A DNA stretch of 64,000 nt, from the NCBI GenBank assembly GCA_964360975.1, contig CAYHYY010000001.1, positions 959-64,958 on the forward strand, in the 5' to 3' direction. This document shows, in pieces, positions 19,665-29,328 of this stretch. The notes beneath the pieces are model-generated. The model was given only the letters and a program-made list of their open reading frames with translations, was not told where the DNA came from and did no database searches. Source of the stretch: an uncultured Candidatus Saccharibacteria bacterium. Lineage in GTDB: Bacteria > Patescibacteriota > Minisyncoccia > Phycocordibacterales > Phycocordibacteraceae. The stretch's first letter is position 1. The number at the start of each line of letters is the position of its first letter. The translations under genes were made by a program, and so were the position numbers.

Positions 19665-20683
19665 GAGCCGATATAAAAAAAGTACTGACCCTTCGCGCTT
19701 CTTCTATTGGGGATTCACTGATGGGAAAGTATTTCCTGGAGAACGTGCACGCCGCGTATCCCGAATCAAGAGCGTACATACTTGTAGGGGGCCGCGGGGG
19801 CATGATCAAGGATCTGTTCCGCGCGTATTCGTGGCTCACCGTAATAGAAGCGAACAGGAAATCACCAGGCTCCGTTGTTCGCGCGTTTCGAGAACTGTCG
19901 GGATGTGACCTAACGCTCACGCAGGAGGCAGAGAATCCGTTTTCACTACCGTCAAAAATCTTCGCACGACTTGTTACCAAGCGCGGCGGGCTTTATGGTT
20001 TCGACGACCAATGGTTCGGTAACTCCATGATCTACGATCACGTGGTTCCTTTTGAAGGGGATCACCAGAGTGACGGCATTATTGTTGAAGAGCGAAAGAT
20101 TTTAAATGCTGCCGGTATTCCCGTTTCAAAGAAGGAGTTTTCGCTCGAGTACAATCCTGACAAAGAGGTGCTCAAAAGATTTGGGCTAGAAAAGGGTTCG
20201 TTTATAGTAATGCACTTATTTGCCGGAACCCCGGGAAGAGAGATAAGTCAGAAGAAGCGCATTGAAATTGTACGTGCCGTTCATGAAAATTATGGCGGCA
20301 AGATCCTTCTCACCGGAGGTAAGGGGTCGGAACGGGAGCGAACAGACGGTGCTGCCTCGGGGCTTGAGCGCGTTATGTCCATTGCCGGTGACACCACCAT
20401 GCAAGAATTCATTAATCTCATCGCGAACGCTCAGGTGGTCGTTGCGCTCAATACGGGGGCGGGGCACATAGCCTCACATCTGAAGGTGCCGACCGTCATT
20501 ATTTCGCCGCAAGGGGTCGAGCGCGCGTGGTTCGGAGAGGAAATGTATGGCGGTCGCCCAGTCATCCTTTCTAACTATGATGTTGATGACACCGCTCCCC
20601 GCGAATCGGTACATCCTCCCTCAATGGAGCATGTTGCAACCAGCGAGGTGGTAGAGAGAGTAAGCCGGATAGTAAACAAATAA
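19661..20683 (+). CDS. Glycosyltransferase family 9 (heptosyltransferase-like)
   Basis: N-terminal [14 protein letters not shown] (l.iR.sslGD) and C-terminal [24 protein letters not shown] (DSGxxHlAAAxGxPxV-like). Confidence 0.65.
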
Positions 20684-20686
20684 GAT

Positions 20687-22537
20687 ATGTGCGGCATTGC
20701 AGGACTGGTGAGCTCTAAGGAACCGGCGAAGACGGCTACGGTTCAGGCGATGATCGACTCTATAAAGCACCGTGGACCTGACGACGAGGGGGTCTACACG
20801 CAAGAGGAGGTAGGTTTGGGACAGCGAAGGCTTTCAATTCTCGACGTATCCGCCAAAGGGCACCAGCCGATGCGTTTCGGTAACCGATACGTCATGACAT
20901 TTAATGGGGAAATTTATAACTATCTTGAGCTCAAGAAAGAACTGCCCGACATTAAGTACGAATCGGCGAGCGATTCTGAAGTCCTCATGCATGCGTATGC
21001 GACGTGGGGACCTGACTGCGTAAAGAAGTTCAACGGTATATTTGCATTTGCGATATGGGATGAGAAAGAGCGCACGCTCTTTGCAGCGCGCGACCACGTA
21101 GGCGTGAAGCCTTTTTACTATGCGACCGCGGGAGAGACGACGTACTTCGCTTCAGAAATCAAAGCGATTCTTGCGGCAGGGTTTAAGGCAAAGCCGAACG
21201 AGCACATCATGTATGAATACCTTGCGCACGGCGTCTACGATCATTCAAACGAAACGTTCTTTGACGGAGTCTTTCAGCTTCCGGCAGGGCACTCGCTGTT
21301 CATACGAGCGGGAAAACCAGTGGTCACGAAATATTGGAATCTTGCCGAGCGCATCGTCGACACGAATGGCTGGAGTGATAGCAAAGTGCAGGAAACCTTC
21401 CGCGACCTTTTCGAGGACGCGGTCAAAATACAATTGCGTTCTGACGTGCCCGTTGCACTCGATGTCTCTGGTGGTATCGACTCATCCATCCTCGCGCACG
21501 CTATTAACAAAGCAAACAATGGGCAGAAAAATTTTAGAATGTTTTCGTTTGCGTATGCAGGCTCGCCCTACGACGAGGAGCCATACGTTCGGGATTTAGC
21601 GAAGGTGCTTGGCTGGGAGGTCTCTATAAAGCATCTATCGCCAGACGACGTGAAGCGACTCATAGAACCCGCCACGTGGCATCAGGACCAACCATTTTCA
21701 GGCCTGCCATCTCTCGCCCTTCAAAATCTTGTTGAGTCGTACAAGGATTCTGATATTAAGGTCGTCCTCGAAGGCCAGGGCGGGGATGAAATAGCCGCGG
21801 GGTATGAATACTACATCGGCGCGTACTGGCTCGATGTTGCAAAGGAAAAGGGTGAGGAGGCAGCGAACAAAGAGTATGAAGCATTTGCGAAGATACGAGG
21901 ATTCAAAGACGATGAATCAAAACGCGCGTTTCTGAAAAACGCTATAGATGCGTACCGGACACCCGGGAGTTCAGCAGATGGCTCTCGCTTTGCAAAGCCA
22001 GAAGTGCTGCAGAAAGATTTTTTGTCGCGAGCTCATGTGGAACCGAAAACGTACGAAGCGCCTTTTGAGAGCGCGCTCACCAACATGCAGTACCGAGATA
22101 TTTTCCATACGAAATTACCGCGCATCCTTCGGTCTGTTGACCGAGCATCAATGGCGTACGGGAGAGAACTACGCGTGCCACTTCTTGATTATCGATTGCT
22201 CGAGTTTTCTCTTGGCCTCCCACTTGAACAAAAGATCAGGAACGGTGAACAAAGATTCTTCGTGAGGGACGCGTACCGCCCGCTCCTGCCGAAGCATATT
22301 GTCGAAGCGCCGAAGCGAGCAGTCGTGAACCCCCAGCGCGAATGGTTCCAGAAAGAGCTTAGGCCGTTGGTAGAGGGCATTCTGTCTTCGAAATCATTCG
22401 GTGAACGAGGCGTGTTCGATCAGAAGGCCGTGCTTGAGGAGTACGAGCGCTACTGCTCGACGCCTCAGAAAAACTCATTCCACGTGTGGCAGTGGGTAAA
22501 CCTTGAGCTGTGGTTCCGAGCATTCATGGATCGATAG
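20687..22537 (+). CDS. Asparagine synthase family amidotransferase, copy 2
   Basis: MCGIAGLV, DVSGGIDSSILA. 616 aa. Confidence 0.8.
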   Translation: MCGIAGLVSSKEPAKTATVQAMIDSIKHRGPDDEGVYTQEEVGLGQRRLSILDVSAKGHQPMRFGNRYVMTFNGEIYNYLELKKELPDIKYESASDSEVLMHAYATWGPDCVKKFNGIFAFAIWDEKERTLFAARDHVGVKPFYYATAGETTYFASEIKAILAAGFKAKPNEHIMYEYLAHGVYDHSNETFFDGVFQLPAGHSLFIRAGKPVVTKYWNLAERIVDTNGWSDSKVQETFRDLFEDAVKIQLRSDVPVALDVSGGIDSSILAHAINKANNGQKNFRMFSFAYAGSPYDEEPYVRDLAKVLGWEVSIKHLSPDDVKRLIEPATWHQDQPFSGLPSLALQNLVESYKDSDIKVVLEGQGGDEIAAGYEYYIGAYWLDVAKEKGEEAANKEYEAFAKIRGFKDDESKRAFLKNAIDAYRTPGSSADGSRFAKPEVLQKDFLSRAHVEPKTYEAPFESALTNMQYRDIFHTKLPRILRSVDRASMAYGRELRVPLLDYRLLEFSLGLPLEQKIRNGEQRFFVRDAYRPLLPKHIVEAPKRAVVNPQREWFQKELRPLVEGILSSKSFGERGVFDQKAVLEEYERYCSTPQKNSFHVWQWVNLELWFRAFMDR

Positions 22538-22558
22538 TTCTCTTGCTACAATTCGCCT

Positions 22559-23554
22559 ATGAAAAAAATAGGCCATCTCATTTGGGGAAGGATATACCTG
22601 TGGTTTTTCCGCCCACTTTATAAGATTGAAAACTTTTATCCCATCTGGCACGGCATCGTGAATCGGGAGCCGGTGAAGAGCCTGAAGCGTTTGGGGCGTG
22701 CACCGGACGAGTTGGAGTCGAGAATTCTATCGGATCTTCGCAAAGACGGCATTGCGTTTTCATCGCTTGAGGAACTTTTCGGAAAAGGGAAGCTTGAAGA
22801 ACTTTTGACTTTTGCTGACTTTGAACATGCGCCGAGGAGAACGAACCGCCAGAAGCCGTTCATCAGTGAGTTCCTCGAAGAAATGCCAACCGTCACACGC
22901 GATAACAAATTATCTGCTATCGCGCTCAATGAGAGGGTACTTACTATCGCAGGGAACTACATCGGCATGGCCCCTAAACTCCAAGAATTTACGCTGACGG
23001 AAATTAAAGCAGTGCCAGAGGGAGCGGGTAAATCTGCTTCGATGCGATGGCACCGCGATCCGCACGATTTGCGACTTCTTAAGATGTTTGTCTACTACGT
23101 TGACGTTGGACCTGAAAATGGCCCCTTTACCTACCTTCGCGGTTCCAATTACGGAAATAAGTATGGACGCCTTTTCCCGCAGACACCACCTTCCGGCGTC
23201 TACCCACCAGACGGCGCGGTAGACAAGGCAATCGATAAAGCTGATCTTGTGCAGGCTATTGGGAAAGCGGGCACAGTGGTCTTTGCGGACACAGCAGGAC
23301 TTCACTGGGGCGGGCACGTAAAACAGGGGATGCGAAGGATGTCGACCATAGGCTTCCTTCCGCCAAAGTCATTTCTTATTCGTCAGCTTACCTACAAGAA
23401 AAGTCCTGATGAGACGTTGAGTCTGCTTCAAGAATATGTGGCATTAAAAAGTGACCGTCTCGCTTCTCGAAATGCGTACATTTATTTGAAAAGTCTCTTT
23501 GTGGGAGCCGACAGCGTCGGAGGACACATCACCGGTATGAAAGGTTGGATGTGA
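22559..23554 (+). CDS. Phytanoyl-CoA dioxygenase (PhyH)-like 2OG/Fe(II) oxygenase family protein
   Basis: WHRDPHD ... YYVDVGPENGPFTYLRGSN ... VVFADTAGLHWGGH resembles the PhyH HxD...H facial triad. Confidence 0.45.
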   Translation: MKKIGHLIWGRIYLWFFRPLYKIENFYPIWHGIVNREPVKSLKRLGRAPDELESRILSDLRKDGIAFSSLEELFGKGKLEELLTFADFEHAPRRTNRQKPFISEFLEEMPTVTRDNKLSAIALNERVLTIAGNYIGMAPKLQEFTLTEIKAVPEGAGKSASMRWHRDPHDLRLLKMFVYYVDVGPENGPFTYLRGSNYGNKYGRLFPQTPPSGVYPPDGAVDKAIDKADLVQAIGKAGTVVFADTAGLHWGGHVKQGMRRMSTIGFLPPKSFLIRQLTYKKSPDETLSLLQEYVALKSDRLASRNAYIYLKSLFVGADSVGGHITGMKGWM

Positions 23555-23574
23555 TGTCGGGTAGAGTCAAGTGA

Positions 23575-24555
23575 CTACATTCCGTTTACTATTCCCAATG
23601 GTCTTTCGCCTTTGCCGACTCGTCTGAAATTTTCTAGCGCATTCTCAAGCGCTGTCTTGTATGCGTCCATAGTTGAACCCGCCATGTGCGGTGTCGCGAC
23701 CACATTAGGAAGCGTGAGAAGGGGATCGTTAGCCTCTGTTGGCTCTTTGTAGTACACGTCGAGCCCCGCGCCATGTAAGTGGCCATCGCGGAGTGATTCC
23801 TCGAGTGCGCCATAGTCGACGAGCTGCGCGCGAGACACATTAATGAAGGTTGCACCCTTCTTCATTTTTGAAAGTTCGCTCTTTCCGATCATGCCTTCGG
23901 TTTCTTTCGTGTGGTGAAGATGGAGCGTGACGATGTCAGATGTCGCGAGAAGCTCATCAAGAGAAACGAATTGCGCGTTTAAAGATTTTTCAATGTCTTC
24001 CTCGGCGCGTTTGATGTCGTAATACACCACTTCCGATCCGAAGCCATTTACGATTTTAGCGACAGCGCGGCCAATATTTCCGAAACCAACAATGCCGACT
24101 CGTTTGCCTTTTAACATGAACATATCCACGCCGTGACTGTTTCCAACCCAGGTGCCAGTTGTTGTTCTCTTGTGCGAGTCGGGCAAGCGCTTTGCTACCG
24201 CAAGCATGAGAAGCACCGAGTGTTCCGCGACGGATCCGGCGTTCGCTCCGCCGTTATTTGCCACAGGAATGCCATGCTTTGTGGCGCCCGCCGTATTGAA
24301 CTTATCGTAGCCTGAGCTCCACAACTGCATAAGCTTCACATTTTTCCCTGCTTCTAGAATCTCATCTGAGAGAAATCTGCCTGGCGCGAAAAGCACGACT
24401 TCCGCCCACGAAAGCTTTTGCTTTTTTTCTTCGTCCGGCGTGAGGTACGTCATGGAGTCCATCTCAAATTCCGACTCGGGGAAGTAAGACTTCACGAGCT
24501 TTTGAAGGTCAGCAGGAATTCGCTCTTCGTAAACGTAGAGAAGTTTTTGTTTCAT
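23575..24555 (-). CDS. D-isomer-specific 2-hydroxyacid dehydrogenase family (NAD-binding)
   Basis: GIVGFGNIGRAVAKI Rossmann motif and a catalytic His region with PHMAGST. Confidence 0.75.
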   Translation of the reverse strand: MKQKLLYVYEERIPADLQKLVKSYFPESEFEMDSMTYLTPDEEKKQKLSWAEVVLFAPGRFLSDEILEAGKNVKLMQLWSSGYDKFNTAGATKHGIPVANNGGANAGSVAEHSVLLMLAVAKRLPDSHKRTTTGTWVGNSHGVDMFMLKGKRVGIVGFGNIGRAVAKIVNGFGSEVVYYDIKRAEEDIEKSLNAQFVSLDELLATSDIVTLHLHHTKETEGMIGKSELSKMKKGATFINVSRAQLVDYGALEESLRDGHLHGAGLDVYYKEPTEANDPLLTLPNVVATPHMAGSTMDAYKTALENALENFRRVGKGERPLGIVNGM

Positions 24556-25544
24556 GCGTGATCACTTTTCTCTATAATGACATACAGGCTCGTAGCGTGT
24601 CTGCCACCCGTTACGTAGAGGTACGCGTACAAAAGAACTGTGGGAATAAAGAAGAGTCCGTAAAGCTTTGTAAGTGACAGCGCACGAATAACGCGATTTC
24701 GCATAGAAACGCTTCTCTTCACGGGCTTTCCTGATACTACTCTCGGAGCAGTCGCGCCGTCACTCTTGCCAGTCAATTTTTTCGACAACCCAAAGCTCAA
24801 CCACCCGGAGGTCCATTCCGAGAAGCGCATGAGGAGTCGTGAGAAGTAGCCGGGGGCTCCGGTCATATGTCGCATACGGCGGATGCGAAACCCTCGAGCT
24901 TCAAAGAAATTTCTAATTGCAGAATCACTCCATCGCGTTAGATGTTCCGGCGGGTTGTCGCCGTTAAAGAAACCACTCCACCTACCGCGCCATGGCGTAG
25001 AGATTACCAATAGGCCTCCGGGATTTAAGAGCTGGTGCAACTTCGGAATGACGTCGAAGCCATCCAAGTGTTCCAGAATTTCAAACATCGTGATAACGTC
25101 GAACTTCTTTTCAGGAAACTTTGCGACAAACTCATCCACTGACAGCGGATGGACATCAGTGAGTCCCCAAAAATCCTTGGCCGTTTGAATTGCCTCGGTG
25201 TCAAAGTCGCAACCCGAAACGGTGTAGCCCGCTTTTTCAGCACCGGCCAAAAATCTTCCTGCGCCCATGCCGAGATCAAGTAACGTGCCGCCCGCGTTCG
25301 GGCGATGCCGCAAGAAATGTTTCTGCATTGCAAAAAGCGGTTGGGAAAGCGGGTCATGGTTTCGCATCACCGACTCCTTGTTGTCGACTTCGTAAAAAGT
25401 ATTTCCAGGGTTATGGAATGGCCACCAAAATTGAAGATCGCACGCACCGCACTCATACAGCGTCGAAGCATCGAGCGTCTGTCGTTTCGTGAGTGACGTA
25501 GAGCCGCACGCTACACAAGTTCGAGGAACTGAAGTCGGCTCCAT
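24552..25544 (-). CDS. Class I SAM-dependent methyltransferase with an N-terminal Zn-ribbon and a C-terminal TM helix (paralog of 17287..18240)
   Basis: CVACGS..CGACDL, LLDLGMGAGRFL, and a hydrophobic C-terminus. Confidence 0.6.
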   Translation of the reverse strand: MEPTSVPRTCVACGSTSLTKRQTLDASTLYECGACDLQFWWPFHNPGNTFYEVDNKESVMRNHDPLSQPLFAMQKHFLRHRPNAGGTLLDLGMGAGRFLAGAEKAGYTVSGCDFDTEAIQTAKDFWGLTDVHPLSVDEFVAKFPEKKFDVITMFEILEHLDGFDVIPKLHQLLNPGGLLVISTPWRGRWSGFFNGDNPPEHLTRWSDSAIRNFFEARGFRIRRMRHMTGAPGYFSRLLMRFSEWTSGWLSFGLSKKLTGKSDGATAPRVVSGKPVKRSVSMRNRVIRALSLTKLYGLFFIPTVLLYAYLYVTGGRHATSLYVIIEKSDHA

Positions 25545-25671
25545 GAGTATTCATCCTATGATACGCGCTAGAATACTGTATGCAATCAAATATTGCGTGC
25601 GGGGACGCGTGATCTTTGGTCAGCGTAACCTTGAGAAGCGAGTCCTGGTACGATACACTAGAAAGCTCACA

Positions 25672-27342
25672 ATGAAGAAAAAGCTAGCTGTTAAGCCAAA
25701 AAAACACCCTCTTCGTAGGACCAGCGTTCGCGCGAGGGCATTGAATTCGAAGGGAAAGTCAGCGTACGTCTCGGCGCCTGAAAGCTTCATGCCATCACAC
25801 GCGCTTTTTAAGCGTGGTGAATTTGATTTCAAAAATCTATTCATTTTTGAGATGGCGAACAATCATCAAGGAGATGTTCAGCACGGACTCAAGATAATTG
25901 ACGAATTGGGAAAAATTTCGAAAAAGATGGGAATCCGTGGCGCGATAAAGTTTCAATTGCGCGACCTCGACACATTCATTCATCCCGCACACAAGAAAGG
26001 ATCAAACAATAAACACGTTCCCCGATTTCTCTCTACGAGACTCTCACAAGCCGAATTCCAGAAACTCGTCGATGCAGCGCGCGATGCGGGTCTCCTCATT
26101 ATGGCGACGCCGTTCGATGAGAAGTCGGTTGATCTTCTAGAAGCGCTGCATATAGACATAGTTAAAGTCGCGAGCTGCTCGGCTCTCGATTGGCCGCTTT
26201 TGGAGCGCATTGCCGAAACGAACCGCCCTGTCATTGTATCGACCGCTGGAGTAGCGCTTCACGATGTCGATCGCGTCGTGGCGTTCTTCCAACACCGCGG
26301 CGTTCCGTTCGCGCTTATGCACTGCGTGGCGCTGTATCCGACGCCGAGCGAGAAACTTAATTTGGGACGGATCGAAATGTTTGCAAAGCGGTACCCTGAT
26401 GTACCGGTCGGCTACTCGACGCACGAAGATCCCAAGGATACGAATGCAGTGCGTGTTGCATACGCAAAAGGTGCGCGCATTTTTGAGAAACACGTAGCGC
26501 TTCCCACTGACCAATATTCTGTGAACAAGTATTCAGCGACGCCAGTTCAACTCATCAAATGGATAGAGGCGTGGCAAGAAACTGCCGCAATGCTTTCCGG
26601 AGACTCCACCATGACCGCTGGACCTGAAGAAACACAATCGTTGAGAGAGCTCATGCGCGGCGTGTTCGTGAAAAAGGCGGTAAAGAAGGGAGGAGCGCTC
26701 TCAAGGAACAACATTTACTTTGCGATGCCAGCATCTTCCGGGCAACTCGTGAGCGGCGAGTGGAAAGAGAGCATGGTTGCCGATCGCTCCTATAAAGCTC
26801 ACGAGGCTGTCTCGGCAGACGTCATCAATTCTTACCGCGTATCGAAAAATGAGCTTGTCGCGTCCTTTGTTCGCAGAATTAAGGGAATGCTTGCCGAGGC
26901 GAACATCGCTGTCGGTGCTGCTCCTGAGGTTGAATTGTCACACCACTATGGCCGTGAGCGATTTCTTGAATATGGCACGGCGATCATTAGTTGTATTAAC
27001 AGAGAGTATTGCAAAAAAGTACTCCTCCAGCTTCCGAACCAGTATCACCCAGCGCACTATCACAAAAAGAAAGAAGAGTCGTTCCAGGTGCTTTCAGGAG
27101 AGCTTGTGGTGGAGTTGGAAAAGAAACGAAAAATTCTTTATCCCGGAGACGTGTTGGTAGTGCCGCGCGGCACGTGGCACAGCTTCTGGACCGACACGGG
27201 TGCTATCTTTGAAGAAGTATCAACAACGCATTTCAATGACGATTCATTTTATGCAGATAAGACGATCAATAAAGTTCCACGAGACGAACGAAAGACGCAG
27301 CTGGTAAATTGGGGACGACATCAGTTTGATAACGAGCAATAG
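25672..27342 (+). CDS. NeuB-family nonulosonic-acid synthase (PEP aldolase TIM barrel) fused to a C-terminal cupin
   Basis: FIFEMANNHQGDVQHG (IAEIGxNHNGD-like) and an HEDPKD metal site. The C-terminus carries the cupin motif YHKKKEESFQVLSGELVVELEKKRKILYPGDVLVVPRGTWH. The start is uncertain: ATG 25672 was chosen, and the track ORF begins at 25489, overlapping the divergent neighbour. Confidence 0.65.
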   Translation: MKKKLAVKPKKHPLRRTSVRARALNSKGKSAYVSAPESFMPSHALFKRGEFDFKNLFIFEMANNHQGDVQHGLKIIDELGKISKKMGIRGAIKFQLRDLDTFIHPAHKKGSNNKHVPRFLSTRLSQAEFQKLVDAARDAGLLIMATPFDEKSVDLLEALHIDIVKVASCSALDWPLLERIAETNRPVIVSTAGVALHDVDRVVAFFQHRGVPFALMHCVALYPTPSEKLNLGRIEMFAKRYPDVPVGYSTHEDPKDTNAVRVAYAKGARIFEKHVALPTDQYSVNKYSATPVQLIKWIEAWQETAAMLSGDSTMTAGPEETQSLRELMRGVFVKKAVKKGGALSRNNIYFAMPASSGQLVSGEWKESMVADRSYKAHEAVSADVINSYRVSKNELVASFVRRIKGMLAEANIAVGAAPEVELSHHYGRERFLEYGTAIISCINREYCKKVLLQLPNQYHPAHYHKKKEESFQVLSGELVVELEKKRKILYPGDVLVVPRGTWHSFWTDTGAIFEEVSTTHFNDDSFYADKTINKVPRDERKTQLVNWGRHQFDNEQ

Positions 27343-27348
27343 TTATTT

Positions 27349-28071
27349 ATGAACATCTATGCGGTGATCCTTGCCCGCGGTGGTTCAAAAGGGGTACCAC
27401 GGAAAAATGTCCTGCCGCTGAACGGAAAGCCGTTGATTGCGTGGACTATTGAGGCCGCAAAAAAAGTGCCGACGATTTCTAGGGTCGTGGTGAACACCGA
27501 TGATGATGAGATTGCTTCCGTCGCTGAATCGTACGGCGCGGAGATTTACATGCGCCCGAGTGAACTTGCAGGGGATGACACTCCCGATCTTCCGGTATTT
27601 GAGCAGTACCTAACGCGCCTCAAAGCGCAAGGCGAGTTGCCGGACATGATTGTCGATCTTCGTCCCACCGCGCCACTCCGCAGCGCGAAACGCATTGCTG
27701 AAGGGATTGAACTTTTATCCCGGATTGGCATTCTGAAAGCTGACTCGGTTCGAGCTGTTTCAAAAGCCGCGAAACATCCTTACAAGATGTGGAATCTCAA
27801 GGGTGAACACATCACCCCGTTTCTTTCGAAGTCCGTTACGGGGCTCAATGAGCCGTACAACGCTCCGCGACAAGTATTGCCACAGGTATATCAGAATAAT
27901 GGGTGCATGAATGCATTCTGGCCGGCAACAGTACTTGAGAAGCATTCGATGTCAGGCAACACTATCGCAGGTTTCGTTATGGATGATTGGGAGTCCGTTA
28001 ACATTGATACAAAGCTCGACTTCAAACTTGCCGAACTACTTATGAAAGAACACGAGAAGTTGTTTGCCTAA
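27349..28071 (+). CDS. CMP-nonulosonic-acid cytidylyltransferase (NeuA/PseF/LegF family)
   Basis: AVILARGGSKGVPRKNVLPLNGKPLI signature. Confidence 0.75.
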   Translation: MNIYAVILARGGSKGVPRKNVLPLNGKPLIAWTIEAAKKVPTISRVVVNTDDDEIASVAESYGAEIYMRPSELAGDDTPDLPVFEQYLTRLKAQGELPDMIVDLRPTAPLRSAKRIAEGIELLSRIGILKADSVRAVSKAAKHPYKMWNLKGEHITPFLSKSVTGLNEPYNAPRQVLPQVYQNNGCMNAFWPATVLEKHSMSGNTIAGFVMDDWESVNIDTKLDFKLAELLMKEHEKLFA

Positions 28072-28099
28072 TACGGTAGCGTGCGCGATACTGACCGCC

Positions 28100-29158
28100 A
28101 TGTCTGTTAAAGTAAAAATCATCGGAGCTGGCTCTATTGGAAATCATCTCGCGCAAGCGTCTCGGCGCATTGGGTGGGACGTTACCGTAGTGGATGCGAA
28201 CCGCGATGCGCTGAAGCGCATGAAGGACGATATCTATCCAACTAGATATGGAATGTGGGATTCACGCATTAAGCTCGCGCACATGAGTGAAGAACCGAAG
28301 GGTGGCTTCGACATCGTTATGATCGGGACGCCTCCCGACAGTCATCTCAAACTCGCGCTCGCCGCACTCCGCGAAAAACCGCGTGTGCTACAAATAGAGA
28401 AGCCGCTCTGCCCACCATGTGATCCGCTCCTCTCCCGATTCCTCGCAGCAGCAAAAAAGTCGCGAACGAAAATCATTGTTGGCTACGATCACACCGTAGG
28501 CGCGTCCATTGAATACGTCGCGTCGCATATACAGATGCTTGGGACTCCGCTTACCTTAGATGTCGAATTCCGTGAACACTGGCAAGGCATTTTCAAAGCG
28601 CACCCTTGGCTTTCTGGTCCATCAGATTCGTATTTGGGATACTGGAAGCGAGGCGGAGGAGCATCCGGGGAACACTCGCACGCACTCCATCTCTATCAAT
28701 ACCTAGCAAAAGAGATGGGGTTGGGGACCTGGAAGAAGGTCGTACCGCATCTGACGGTAGAGAAAGCAGCAGGAGGAGTGCAATACGATTCGGTGGCATC
28801 ATTCGGATTCGAGATGAGCAAGGGGCGATACGGACGTGTTATTCAAGATGTCATAACACTTCCAACGCGAAAGTGGGCGCGAGCGCAGGGATCCGATGGA
28901 TTCATCGAGTGGATCTGTGGTGGTTCGCCGAAAGGGGACATTGTCCGCCATGCGCTGAAGGGTAAAAAGCTAGAGGAGAAAGTGTTTGAGAAGACGCGCC
29001 CTGACGATTTCTTGAGAGAAGTAAAACACATTGATAAAATCCTGAAAGGCAAGCAAAGCGCCGCGACTTCCCCTATGTCTCTAGAGAGCGCGGTCGCGGT
29101 GATTCGTGTACTAGAGAAAACGTGGAAGAGTAAATCAAAGGTCGCGATTTCTTTGTAA
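28100..29158 (+). CDS. Gfo/Idh/MocA-family NAD(P) oxidoreductase
   Basis: VKIIGAGSIGNHLAQA Rossmann motif and family-typical length. The start was taken at ATG 28100. Confidence 0.6.
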   Translation: MSVKVKIIGAGSIGNHLAQASRRIGWDVTVVDANRDALKRMKDDIYPTRYGMWDSRIKLAHMSEEPKGGFDIVMIGTPPDSHLKLALAALREKPRVLQIEKPLCPPCDPLLSRFLAAAKKSRTKIIVGYDHTVGASIEYVASHIQMLGTPLTLDVEFREHWQGIFKAHPWLSGPSDSYLGYWKRGGGASGEHSHALHLYQYLAKEMGLGTWKKVVPHLTVEKAAGGVQYDSVASFGFEMSKGRYGRVIQDVITLPTRKWARAQGSDGFIEWICGGSPKGDIVRHALKGKKLEEKVFEKTRPDDFLREVKHIDKILKGKQSAATSPMSLESAVAVIRVLEKTWKSKSKVAISL

Positions 29159-29328
29159 AACAAGCCGCCCGTTCGACAGTCCCCCGGACTATCGAACACC
29201 CCGCCCCAAAGGGGACGGGGTATTGAGCGGGCGGCACCGGGGTGTTTTTCTAGGTAGAGAATCGGCCACCGCCGATACTGGTTTACCCTCAATCCCCGCG
29301 GCAAGCCGCGGGGATTGAAACCTAGTAA
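29159..29328. repeat. Copy A of a ~170 bp GC-rich multi-hairpin intergenic element that begins directly after a stop codon
   Basis: About 95% identical to 57303..57475. Hairpins: ttcgacagtcc/ggactatcgaa, caccccgcccc/ggggacggggtg, and ccccgcgg-caag-ccgcgggg. An enclosing stem gccgcccg/cgggcggc is followed by a T5 run. Confidence 0.7.

Noticed and set aside
25489-25671. Long N-terminal extension of the NeuB-cupin ORF (track start 25489)
   Set aside because: The extension overlaps the start of the divergent methyltransferase gene (24552..25544(-)). The internal ATG at 25672 was preferred, though the true start is unresolved.
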